Shown: positions 11,722-25,804, counted from the first letter of the stretch. The stretch: DNA of 64,000 nucleotides from Octopus vulgaris (GCA_951406725.2 OX597835.1:28458001-28522000), one strand, 5' to 3'. The notes: generated from the letters alone by a model not told the origin. Program-made: numbers and translations.

Positions 11722-14700
11722 GTAAGTAAATGAAAAAAACAAAAAGAGAGCTGGATTATATTCCATTGTATTTGTACCAATGTTTTTGAATTATTTGATT
11801 CTTTTTTGTTTTATTTATTTCCCTATCTTTAGCACACTGTAGGTACATCATGTCACTGTATGAGTTTTCTCCCCTGTTGTAACAGGGCGGTGGCAGGAGA
11901 AACAGTGGTTAAAAAGGTTTAAAAAATGAAATCAAAGTCTTTTGGTGTCATAAGGATTTATAAACTTTCAAAAGAATGTGAAATAATTTCTTTTTTGGAA
12001 CAGTGGCTCTTGAAGCACATAAAGTTCATGTCTATGGGAGACGTGGGTTTGAGTCCTACGGGGTAACATTTGACATTTTTTTTTTATACAAAAATGTTTT
12101 TCAACCTAATTTTTGCATGCTATTATTTATAGCTTTATGTACTTTGAGATCCATTGTTCCAAAAAAAGAATTATTTTTTGTTTTTTATTTCTGAAGTCGG
12201 TTGGCAAGATCTGTAAATTCTAGGCCTAAACATTTTGTAATTCTTTTTCAGAAGTATGTCAGTGTCATTCTGGCACTTGTTACTGTCTGTCCATTTCTAA
12301 AAGCCATCAACCACTTACTGCTCAGAGTCAAATAAATACATTAAATTTGAAAAATCTTTTTGAAAAAAGATGCAAAATCCACAGTAATACTTTAGTGGCC
12401 CCCTTGTAGGCTTAGGGCTCACTTTTTGCCAACTCTTGCCTTATAATTCATTAATCTTCAGTTTGCTTTTGTTTTTTTTCCTACATTTATTTGTATGGTT
12501 ATTTTATTAGCAAGGGTATTTCCATTTTTTTTCCTTTCTCTTCTTTTTTTCAGTACCTTGCAACCTTTTAAGGGCAGGAACAAACTTGTGTGTCATTTAA
12601 ATTGAAACGACCATGCTGATGATTTCTAAACAGAATGAAATAGTGATATATATGAATACCTCTCACTAGAAGATTTAAGAACTCTGTAATAAGTAAACAA
12701 AAGAAGAAAAATTAAATGTGCATTCTATGCATATTTTTCCTTATAATTCCTTAATTTTAAACGCAAATTTGTAATCCTGCCAAATATTATGAAGAAATAA
12801 TTATCTCCTTCAAAGGTGATTGTTGTAAATACTTTGAGCTGACCAAAATTTTGTGAGTGGATTTGATTGATGGAAACTGAAAGATTATGGTTTCAATTCC
12901 TAGACCAGGTGGTGGATTGTTTTTGAACAAAGCATTTCATCTCGCGTTGCTCTACGATCACTTTGACTCCTGATAAGTGATACACCATACACCTGTTCAG
13001 GCAACATCAGTTTGATGAAAGGAATGAGCTAATGTACAGCAGTGGAGGCACGTGGCTTAGTGGTTAGGGTGTCAGCATCATGATCGTAAGATTGTGGTTT
13101 CGATTCCTGGACCGGGCGACGCGTTGTGTTCTTGAGCAAAATACTTCATTTCACGTTGCTCCAGTCCACTCAGCTGGCAAAAATGAATAACGCTGCGATG
13201 GACTGGCGTCCTGTCCAGCTGGGGAACACATATGCCATAGAAACCAGGAAACCGGGCCTATGAGCCTGGCTAGGCTTTAAAAGGGCGCATTTATTTTTAT
13301 TTAATGTACACCATGGACCTTTAATTACTATAAACAAATCATTTGTGCAGGTCATTCGGCAAAAGCTGAACATACACATGTCTATTTCAACAGGAGAGTC
13401 CATCATATATACGCGTGTGTGTGTGTCTGTGTTTGTGTCTGTGTCCACCACCACCACTTGACAGCCAGTGTTTGTGTGTTTATGTCTCTGTAACTTAGCA
13501 GTTCAGTAAAAGAGATTGATAGAGTAAGTACCAGGTTTAAAAGAATGTAAGGTGGTGATCCCGTATGGCTGCTGTCCAATGACTGAAACCAGTAAAATAT
13601 GAGAAAATCAGATCTGTTGTTTTTTCTTTTGTACCTTCCTCTATTGCTTGTCAATGGGGTCATGCAGAGAGAACCATGGTTACCCATTTTTAGCTGTAAT
13701 TAAGTCATATGTAGCTAATTTGAATAGACAGGTTGTGTAACTCACTAACGAACATTGACAGATTTGGTTTCAAATTTTGTTAGGAATTGGCTTTAAGCAT
13801 TGGCATGACTGTGTGGTTAAGACACTTGGTTTGTAAACATATAGTTGTGTTCAATCCCATTACCTTCCACCTTGAGCAAGTGTGTTCTACTATGGCCTCA
13901 GGCTGACCAATGCCTTGTAAATGAATTTGGTTGATGGAAACTGTGTGGAAGCCTGTCATGTATGTATGTGTAGCTTTGTGTCCCCCCCCTCCGCCCACCA
14001 GTGCTTGACAAACAGTATGAGTTTGTTTACGTCCTTGTAACTTGGCAGTTCAGCAAACGAGACTGATAGAATAGGTATTAGACTTGAAAAAATAGCTACC
14101 AGCACTGATTTTTTTTTTTGACTAATTCCTTTATTGCAGTGCTCCAGCATGGCCACAGACCAGTGACTGAAACATGTAAAAAAGACAAGCAAAAGAACAA
14201 TGTGCTAGCATGCTCGTTAACAATGAATTTAGGGTCCCATAATTAGTTCTTCATTAAGCTCCTGTATTCTACTTCTGCAACAATAATGGTGGAATTTAAG
14301 TGAAAGTGCAGATTCAAACCACATTATTATCATCATTTAAAGTCTGTTTTTCATGCTGGAATGGGTTGGACAGTTTGACAGGAGGTGGTAAGCCAGAAGA
14401 CTGCGCCAGGCTTCTCAGTTTTGGCAAAATTTTTACAGCTGGATGCCCTTCCTAATGCCTAGCGCCTTACAGAGTGGACTGAGTGTTTTTTGCATGGTAC
14501 CAGCACTAGTGAGGTCTGTTTTGGCATGGTTTTTATAGCTGGATGTCCTTCCTAATGCCAACTACTTGACAGAGTGGCCTGGATGGTTTTTACATGGCAC
14601 CTCCACTGGTAAGGTCTGCTTTGGCATGGTTTTTTACAGCTGGATGCTCTTCAAAATGCCAACCACTTTACATTGTGGAGTGGATGCTTTTTATGTGTTT

Positions 14701-15482
14701 ATGCTTTTTTGCCCGTAACTGTAGAAAGCAGTTTCATATAACAATAATTTCTTTTTTGTTGTTGTTGTTGAATGTTATGTTTGAAACTATTTTGTCGAGT
14801 TTATTGAGGCAACACGACTTGTAGCTCCCCACCAGAGCCTATGCCAAACCAGGCTGGAGTCTGGTGCAGCTCCTCAGCTTACCAGCCCTGGTCAAAGCAT
14901 CCAACCCATAAACAATACACATTAAATGATGATGATGATGATGAGAGCAGACAGTGATGCTTGGCATAGTCTTTTGACTTGCCAGCATAGAAATGATGAC
15001 GACGATGATGATGATGATGATGATGATAACAATTTAACATCATTGCAGGAATAGCTGTGAAATTTGATTATGTCCTAAAATGGTTAACACAACCACCTGG
15101 GGCCCCATTGAGTACCAAGAGCAGAATCCACTCAGCTGCAAGTTTTTTCCGCCAGGTGTCCATTCTGAGAATAACTTCTCCCTTTCCTTTTATCAGTCAC
15201 AGAGGCCTCAAGAACTTCAAGGCATCTGCCAAAGTGATAATACATTAAAAAGACCAAAATTTTGCACATTCTGAAATTGTAAATCAATATTTTATGTGAA
15301 AATTATTTTCATTCTTTTTCTTTATGTTTTTACTTTGTGTTTATATATATTTTTTATTTCTTTTGTTTTTAGCATGGCTTGGGGTAGAACAGAGATGCAA
15401 TTTTATAATAATTACATTTCTTTTTTAACTCGTAAAAATTGTTGGTTCTGTTTTTTTATCTTTTTTCAGTTTCTTATATATG

Positions 15483-15544
<62 letters not shown>

Positions 15545-16116
15545 TAATACTAAGTAATTAAGGTTTAGCAACTTGCCTCACCAACACACCGAATTTAGAA
15601 ATAGCAGTCAAAGAGATATAGCTATTCCTTCTACTAAAGGGGATCTCAGTAAAAACACAGCACTTAAAAGGCAAACACAGACAGGTAAGAAAGAAAGAAT
15701 GAAATGATAATCCATCATGCAATTTTAAGTTACCTACGGACGTACGTTTCGAGATCAAGTTTTAGGATATCATAAGAATTAGAATATCAAGTTTTAGGAT
15801 ATCAAGTTTGATCTCGAAACGTACGTCCGTAGGTAACTTAAAATTGCATGATGGATTGCCGTCATTTCATTCTTTCTTTCTTACCTGTCTGTGTTTGCCT
15901 TTTAAGTGCTGTGTTTTTACTGAGATCCCCCTTTTAGTAGAAGGAATAGCTATATCTCTTTGACTGCTATTTCTAAATTCGGTGTGTTGGTGAGGCAATC
16001 CGTTGCTAAACCCTTAATTACTTAGTATTACTTAAATTTTCCTCGAATGGGGCTTTTACATACCGAAATCTACTTGGTGTAATTGATAATTATCCCTAAT
16101 TTAATTAATTTCACCC

Positions 16117-16183
<67 letters not shown>

Positions 16184-19100
16184 ATTGTTAATTTTAATTT
16201 TTAACTTTTTTCCGGTGTGGTAAGTAGCTTGCTTTCCAACCACATAGTTCTAGGTTCAGTCCCACTGTGTGGCACCTTCTACTATAGTCACGGAGCCAAC
16301 CAAAGCTTTATGAGTGGATTTGGTAGATGGAAACTGAAAGAAGCCTGTTGTATATGTTCATATAATGTGTGTGTGTGTATTTGTGTGCCTCTGTTTGTCT
16401 TCCTACCATCTCTTGACAACCGATGTTTGTATGTACTAGGCTTACAAAGAATATGTCCTGGGGTTGATTTGTTCGGCTAAAGTCGTAGCTCCAGCATGGC
16501 CACAAGTCAAATGACTGGAACAAGTTAAAGAATAAAAGAGTAAAATATAAATTAAAAATAAAAACAAAACAACAAAAGTCAATAGGTCGCACTCAGTAAA
16601 TGTATTAGGTTGAGGCTCAGCTTAAGATGGAAACAAGAAAATGTGTGTAATGTTTTGAGCATGACTCTTCTTCAGAAAGAGGAAAAGTAAAGGTCTGGAG
16701 AGAAGGAAAAAATAGCTCTGGAAAAGACATCAGTGCTTGTCCTTCTCTCAAGCTTTAGCCTCTCAACACCTGGAATAAAGCCACCTCCCCTTTAAAATAC
16801 TACCCCCTCTATACATACACACTTAACCGAGGGTCCTTTTCTTTTTCCTCTTCCAGTCTTGCAAATTACTTGGCAACTTCACTAGTGCTGGTGCCACAAA
16901 AAAAAAAAAAAGGAAAGCACCCAGTACAGAAAGTGGTTGGTGCTAGGAAGGACATCCACCTATAGAAACCATGCCAAAAGTGACATTGGGGGTTGTCATC
17001 ACAGCCCTGTGGCCCCACCAGATTCTTCTGTCAAACCAATTCTATTAAATCCATGCCATTATAGAAAAGTGACATTAAATGATGATGATGATGATTGTGT
17101 GTGTGTGTGTGTGTATGTGTTTGCTTGATTTCAAGTAGTCTTGTGTTATATAATACGAAGGCACGTGACCCAGTTGGTAGGTTTTTGCGTTTGTGACCAA
17201 AACGTTGTGGGTTTGATCCTTGAACTGTGTGGTGCGTTAGTTTCTATGTCATGTTGCTGCTGAGTGGAGCCTCGCAGACTATTGCTCTAGAATTTTTCAA
17301 GACGTCAATGGTGCTTGGCGACACCAGCACCCAACCCTGCATTTATCGGAGATAGAATAATGGGGATGGGATAAGTGTGTAATTGAATACCCTTGTTTAC
17401 TACTTACTGAAGTGTGGGGGTGGGAAGGTTTCTTTAGTCACTACCACCATCACCATTGCTGCTATCATCATCACCACAACCACTACCACCAACACCAGTC
17501 CCACCACCATTACCACTACTGCTATCATCACAACAACCACTACCACCAACACCAGACCTACCACCATCACTACTGCCGCCAACATCACCACAACAATCAC
17601 TACTACCAACACCAGACCCACCACCATCATCACCACTACCACCAACACCACAACAACCACCATCACCACAACAACCACTACCACCAACACCAGACCCACC
17701 ACCATCACCACAACAACCACTACCACCAACACAAGACCCACCCTCACCACCATCACCAGACCCACTGTTGCTGCCATCATCACCACAACCACCAGCACCA
17801 GACCCACCACCATCTCCACCACCACCACTGCTGCTACCTCCAGAACCCATACCACAACCTCCACCAGAAACACTACTACCAACACCACTTATCATCTTCC
17901 ATCCTTGGTGCCAACTAATTGAAAGGCCAGAACAAACGTTTCACTGCTTAATCACCATATGAAATAACCTTCTTATGTAGGTTGCTTGACCTGTTAGAAA
18001 TATCAGTGAAACCTCCCTTAAATCATAGCTAAATGATGTCTTGAGGGACATAGTGGATGTGACCCTAGATATTCTTTTCTTTTTTTTTTTTTCTACTCTA
18101 GGCACAAGGCCTGAATTTTTGGGGAGGTGACCAGACAATTAGATCAATCCCAGCATGCAACTGGTACTTAACTTATCAACCCCTGAAAGGATGAAAGGCA
18201 AAGTTGACCTTGGCAGAATTTGAACTCCGAACGTAAAGACAGACGAAATATTGCTAAGCATTTCACCCACCAATCTAACATTTCTGCCAGCTCGCTACAT
18301 TTATGCATCTATATATTCTTTTCTGCTTTAGGCACAAGGCCTGAAATTTTTGTGGAGCAGGCCAGTTGATTAGATCGAGTCCAGTACGCAACTAGTACTT
18401 AATTTATTGACCCCAAAAGAGTAAAAGGCAAAGTCAACCTCAGTGGAATTTGAACTCAGAACATAAAGACAGACGAAATACCACTAAGCATTTCACCCTG
18501 TGTGCTAATGTTTCTGCCAGCTTGTCGCCTCATGATTTGATCCTAGATGTTGAAATATTATGCTGTGGACCAAAAAAAAAGACACTGGACTGTCTTTGGT
18601 CATTGGTGTCTGAACAACAACAACAAATAATTAACTGTCTATTCCTCCTTCCGATCTGTTTTACGTTTATTCAGCAATGAGTTCTTAATATTTATGTTGT
18701 TATTCATAGGATAGGAAGCTGGCACAATTGTTAGCATGCTGGGCTAAATTCTTTGTGGCATTTCATCTGTCTTTACCTTCTGAGTTCAAATTCCGCCAGG
18801 GTTTGCTTTGCTTTTCATTCTTTTGGGGTTGATAAAATAAATAACAGGGTCAATGTAATTGTCTAGTCCTCTGCCCCCAAATCCCCCAAATTTCAGGCCT
18901 TGTGCTTCTAGTAGAAAGAATTGTTATTATTATTATTATTGTTAAGGTGGCAAGCTGGCAGAATTGTTAGCACACTGGGTAAAATGCTTAGTGGTATTTT
19001 GCCAGTCGCTGCATTCTGAGTTCAAATTCCACCAAGGTTGACTTTGCCTTTCATCCTTTTGGGGTCGATAAATTAAGTACCAGTGAAACACTGGGGTTGA

Positions 19101-19391
19101 TGTAATCAACTAGTCCCCTCCCCCAAAATTTCAGCCTTGTGCCTATAGTAGAAAGGATTATTATTATTGTTATTAAGGCAGCAAGCTGGCAGAATCATTA
19201 GCATACAGGGCAAAATGATTAACTGTATTTCACTCGCTACTGCGTTCTGAGTTCAAATTCTGCTGAGGTTGACTTGGTCTTTCATCCTTTCAAGGTTGAT
19301 AAATTAAGTACCAGTGAAATACTGGGTTCGATGTAATCCACTAGTCCCCTCCCCACAAATTTCATGCCTTATTCCTATTGTAGGGAGGATA

Positions 19392-19434
<43 letters not shown>

Positions 19435-20987
19435 TAAATAGTGAGCTGTCTGAATTTGAGTTCAAATTCTGCTGAAGTCAGTTTTGCTTTTGTCCAGCCC
19501 CAGTCATGCACTGAGGTTGATGTAAATGGCTTACTCCTCCCCCAGGAAATGCTGGCCTTGTGCCAGAATTTGAAATCATTGTTTATATATTGTTGATGTT
19601 ACTGGAGTTGACTTTGTGTTTTGTCTTTTCGAGGTTTATAAAACAAGTACCAGTCACGCACTGGGGTTGATATAATCGACTTACCTCTCCCCATGAAAAT
19701 ACTGGTGTTGTGCCAATATTTAAAACCTGTGTGTTGTCATGAAGGTGCATGGCTTAGTGGCTAGGATGATGGGCTCATGATTGTAAAATTGTGGTTTCGA
19801 TTCCTGCACCAGGTGATGAGTGGGGTTCTTGAGCAAGACACTCCATTTCATGTTGTTCCAGTCCACTCAGGTGCAAACAAATGAGTAATCCTGCAACAGA
19901 CCAGGAGGTATATATATATATATATATATAATTTGTTCAAATTCCGCCAAGGTCAACTTTACCTTTCATCCTTTCGGGGTCGATAAATAAAGTACCAGTT
20001 TCGCACTGGGGTTGATGTAATCGTCTTAAACCCTTTGTCTATTCTTTTTTGTCCCCTCTATGTTTAGCCCCTTGTGGGCAATAAAGAAATATATATATAT
20101 ATATACATAGGCGCGGGCATGGCTGTGTGGTTAGGGAGCTTGCTTCCTAGCTACATGGTTTCGGGTTCAGTCTCACTGCGTGGCACTTTGGGTAGGTGTC
20201 TTCCACTATAGCCCCGAGCCGACCGAAGCTTTGTGATTGAATTTGGCAGGCGGAAGTTACTGCCGTGTGTGTATATGTGCGTGTAGGTGCTTGTGCCTCT
20301 CCCAAAGAGCGAGAGAGAGAGAGGTATATGTATATGTGTATATATGTATATATAAATATCTGTAATATAATATGTGACAATTATTCGGTTGCCATAATAA
20401 AACTCCAAGTTTTGGTTGTCGGGGTGGAAAATTGCTCTGCCATCTTGTCAGTTATTGAGGCAATCAAAAAATTGTTTGATTGCCTCGATAACTGACTAGA
20501 TGCCGGAGCAGTTTTCTGTCCTGACATCCGAAACTCAGTCTTATTATGACTACCGAATAATTGTCACATATTATATTACAGATAAATTCCTCTATTCACA
20601 TAATATCTAGGTCTCATTTATTCTTTTGTTGTCTTACCATTACTAAATAAATAGATGTGTGTATTTTTCCCTTGTTAACAATTAACAGGAAAAAATAGAT
20701 AAATATTTACCAGGGTAGCAAAAAATCACACAAATAAAAGGTTGTAACTCCTTGTTTTTAAAGGTAGAAACTTCAGGTTTACGTGAAATTTTTTGCATAA
20801 TATATATAAATATATATATATAGGCGCAGGAGTGGCTGTGTGGTAAGTAGCTTGCTAACCAACCACATGGTTCCGGGTTCAGTTCCACTGCGTGGCATCT
20901 TGGGCAAGTGTCTTCTGCTATAGCCCTGGGCTGACCAATGCCTTGTGAGTGGATTTGGTAGACGGAAACTGAAAGAAGCCTGTCGTA

Positions 20988-21036
<49 letters not shown>

Positions 21037-24000
21037 GCGTGTGTGTCTCTGTTTGTCCCCCTAGCATTGCTTGACAACTGATGCTGGTGTGTTTACGTCC
21101 CTGTCACTTAGTGTTTCGGCAAAAGAGACCAATAGAATAAGTACTGGCATTACAAAGAATAAGTCCCGGGGGCGATTTGCTTGACTAAAAAGGCGGTGCT
21201 CCAGCATGGCCGCAGTCAAATTTTTTGTATAATATATATAAATAAATAAATATATATATATATGTATAGGTGCACGCTCTGTGTGGTAAGAAGCTTGCTT
21301 CCCAACTACAAGGTGGGTGAAAAGTAAGTAGGCATGAAAAATTGGTAATAAAATCCATGTTCCTTTTACAAATTTATTGAAACAAATGATACATGTTCTT
21401 TATTACATGGGAAAATGAAAGTAAATATTTCAGCAGAAGCACTGGTGGTGTCAACCAGTTTCCTCAAATAGTCATGGCTGGATTGAACAACCTTCTGAAG
21501 GACGTCGTCTGGGATATCATTGAGAACCTTCTGAATCCATGCCTCCAAGTCCTACGATTTGTACACCTCTTTTGTGTAACTCCACTGGTACAAATCACAT
21601 GAAGTGAGATCTGGACCTCTGTGGTCACAGTGTTCAGGCTTTGAGTCCTGCATGTAATGGGGTTTCCCTGAACGAAAATTCCATTCTTTGTAGTCAGTCC
21701 ACCTGTGCATACCTTCCTTCTTGGGACACAAAACTCTACTTGTGAAGACCTGTTGAGGCAAGTGAAAATCAAAATCAAAATCAAAATCGATCAACATCAA
21801 TGGAATTTGTAGTTGTGATACCAGTGCCGGTGGCACGTAAGAGAACCATCCGAACATGGCCATAGCCAGCACCACATCGACTGGCCTCCGTGCTGGTGGC
21901 ACGTAACAAACACCATCCGATCGTGGCCGTTGCCAGCCTCGCCTGGCCTCCATGGAGTGGTTGGCGTTAGGAAGGGCGTCCAGCTGTAGAAACACCGCCA
22001 GATCTGACTGGCCTGGTGCAGCCTTCGGGCTTCCTAGACCCCAGTTGAATCGTCCAACCCATGAAAGTGGACGTTAGACAATGATGATGATGATGATATG
22101 CAACACTGTACGTATTGTATGCCTTGTTAGTGCACTTTCACGAGCTGCTTAATGTTGGCATTTTTACGGGTTGCAATTTCCTGTACTGTTGCTATGTTCC
22201 CCGCTGATTGAGATGTGGTTAGATGGCTACTTCTTCTTGCATCATTCACAGAACCTATGGTCATCAGCTCTGCATGACAACTTATTGTCTCTGCATGTTT
22301 ACCTTTCCATGCTCGCCACCATCTCTGAACCAAAACAATGGAATTCCACACTTCATAGAGTTCTGCTATCGTAGCTCATTCCTGAACAGTCAAGCGACCC
22401 AGCCATCTGGAAAATAAGAAATTCTCATTAGAGTTGTCTGTTTCAAAAATGGTTCCATTATGATTTCAGTAATACTAAAAATTCTATAAGTAATTTCTCA
22501 TACCTAGTTACTTTCCACCCACCCTAAACCTGGTTCCAGGTTCAGTCCCACTGTGTGGTACCTTGGGCAAGTATCTTCTACTATAACCTCTGGCTGACCA
22601 AAGCCTCATGAATGGAATTGGTAGATGGAAACTGAAAGAAGCCTACGCGGAGTAGATGAAAACTGAAAGAAGCCTACGTGGAGTAGATGAAGCAGGGGCG
22701 ACTGAAGAAGGGGAATTTTCCTTGTGTTGTATGTCCTGTACTCTATTTTTCCGTTGTTTAAAAAAAATGTCCGTTTTCTTGGTTTTGTGTTTGTGTTTTC
22801 GTTTCTCATTGTGTTCGACGTTTTTTATTGGTGTCCTGTACCCATATATGCTTGTATATATACATGTAGATGTAGGTACATATATGCATATGTTTTATTT
22901 ATTATTTGTTATATATATATATATATATGTATATGTCTGTGTGTCGTGTCTACTGCTTGACAACCAGTGTTGGTTTGTTTACGTCCCCATAATTTAGTGG
23001 TTCAGCAAAGGGCGAGTGAAAGAATCACTGCTAGGCTTAAAGGATAAGTCATGGGGTTGATTTGTGTGACTAAAACCCTTCAAGTTAGTGCTCCAGCATG
23101 GCCACACTCAAATGACTGAAACAGGTAAAAGAATGGAGGAATATTAAGGGTTTTAGTTGAACAAATCAATCACACGACTTATTTATAAGTCTAGTACTTA
23201 TTCAGTTGGCTTTGTTGCAGGGATGTAAACACACTAACACCGGTTGTCAAGTAGTGATAAGCACAGACACAAAGACACTATGACAGGCTTTTTTGAGATT
23301 CTGTCCACCCACAAGGCTTTGGTCGGCCCGAGGCTATAGCAGAAGACACTTGTCTAAGATGTCATGCAGTGGGACTGAACCTTGAACCATGTCATTGGGA
23401 TGGAAGCTTCTTACCACACGCTAGAGAAACTGAGAAACCGACCTTATGCTCCTTATGTAGCAATGAGGTCTAATGATTTATGTTGTTTTTGATGATCACT
23501 TTCTGCCTTCTTTCCTTCCTTCCTTCCTTTCAATGTAGAAATAGGAAAAATCTACATGAAGTAGATTAAATGTATTTATATATCCATAGGCGTAGGAGTG
23601 GCTGTGTGGTAAGTAGCTTGCTAACCAACCACATGGTTCCGGGTTCAGTGCCTCTGCGTGGCACCTTGGGCAAGTGTCTTCTGCTATAGCCCCGGGCCAA
23701 CCAATGCCTTATGAGTGGGTTTGGTAGACGGAAACTGAAAGAAGCCCATCGTATATATGTATATATATTTCTGTGTCTGTGTTTGTCCCCCTAGCATTGC
23801 TTGAAAACCGATGCTGGTGTGTTTATGTCCCCGTCACTTAGCGGTTCGGCAAAAGAGACCGATAGAATAAGTACTGGGCTTAGAAAAGAATAAGTCCCGG
23901 GTCGAGTTGCTCGATTAAAGGCAGTGTTCCAGCATGGCCACAGTCAAATGACTGAAACAAGTAAAAGAGTATAACTGTAAAGCTATAACTCTAGGCGTGT

Positions 24001-25511
24001 GTGTGTGTGTGTGTGCTTGGGATGCGTGTACTCTTGAATTTAGCAAAATAATTGGGTCTTCCACCAAGCTGGTATTTAGTGCATAAATTAACGTGACATT
24101 TTGATTGAGAGTTTTAAATTAGGTCAGTTTACCCATTTTTGTTGCAGTATTTTTTTTTTTTTTGAAATACACTGCCTTTGTCTTAATTAGTTTTCAAAAT
24201 AACGAATGATTATAAGTAAAATGTCCGTCATTTATTTCCCACCCAAAAAACAAGAAAGGATTGAGTAAAACATCTTTCTCGTTTTTAATTGTGTCAGTTT
24301 TTGGAACTTAGAGTATCCTAAAATTTCGATGAGGCATGTATGTAGGTGTATTTGTGTGTACCTTTGAATCTAGTACAATAACTGTGTCATTAATTAAGCT
24401 GGTATTTTGGTGCATAAATTAACATGAAATGTCAGCGGAAGTTTGTAATTTAGATCTGTTTAATCTTTTTCTCACCATAAAAGCACCCACTACATTCTCG
24501 GAGTGATTGGCATTAGGAAGGGCATCCAGCTATAGAAACTCTACCAGATCAGATTGGAGCCTGGTGCAGCCCTCTGGTTCGCTAGTCCTCAGTCAAATCG
24601 TCCAACCCATGCTAGCATGGAAAATGGATATTATGCGATGATGATGATCCCTTTAAGCCTTTTGTCACCATGCTTCTGTTAAAAACTACGCTGCCCTTGG
24701 TTCAAATAATTTTGAAAATAATGAACAATTGATTAAAATAACTGGTATTTTAAAGCTGGTATTTGAAATATGTATTAGCAAAATCTCAATGAAAGGTTCT
24801 AATTTAGATAACTATAAGTCTTTTGTTACTATATTTCTATTGAACAAAAACTGCGTTTGTTTTAGTTAATCTTTGATGAAGAATTTGGTAAAATAACTTT
24901 CTCATTATTAATTAAGCTGTTGTTAATTACATAAATTAACATGAAATTTTGATGGAAGGTTTTAATTAAGATAATTTTAATCCCTTTGTTATTATGTTTT
25001 TATTGAAATTCAATGTCTTTGTTTCAATTAATCTTTAATGAATAATTTGCTAAAATAACTTTTGTGTTTAGAATATCTATTGATATAATAGAAATTTTGA
25101 GGGAAGGTTTTATTTATATATATATATCAATGGAAGCACTCCGTCGGTTACGACAACGAGGGTTCCGGTTGATCCGAATTAACGGAACAGCCTGCTCGTG
25201 AAATTAACGTGTAAGTGGCTGAGCACTCCACAGACACGTGTACCCTTAACGTAGTTCTCGGGGATATTCAGCGTGACACAGAGAGTGACAAGGCCGGCCC
25301 CTTGAAATACAGGTACAACAGAAACAGGAAGTAAGAGTGAGAGAAAGTTGTGGTGAAAGAGTACAGCAGGGATCACCACCATCCCTGCCGGAGCCTCGTG
25401 GAGCTTTAGGTGTTTTCGCTCAATAAACACTCACAACACCCGGTCTGGGAATCGAAACCGCGATCCTATGACCGCGAGTCCGCTGCCCTAACCACTGGGC
25501 CATTGTGCCTC

Positions 25512-25546
<35 letters not shown>

Positions 25547-25804
25547 TTTCTTTCGTAATGAGATAAAAAACCAAGGCTGTGTAGATTTTAGAACATTTAT
25601 AGATAGAAGGTCTTATAGCTGTTTCCAGGATATTTATTATATCCCCTCATCGCAGACACTGTGAGAGGATGGTTAAGGAATAGTTAAATTTAGATAAGAT
25701 AAAAAATAGAGAGTGACGTGGAGGAAATAAAAGAAAATAGATGTGAGATATTGCATTTGTAGATCCATTATTTTTAAGGTAGAAGGGTATATCTATAATA
25801 TTCC

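Noticed and set aside
17383-17962. Mucin-like Thr-rich, His-rich and Pro-rich ORFs
   Set aside because: Low-complexity ACC repeat open in most frames; no place in the SLC7 exon chain
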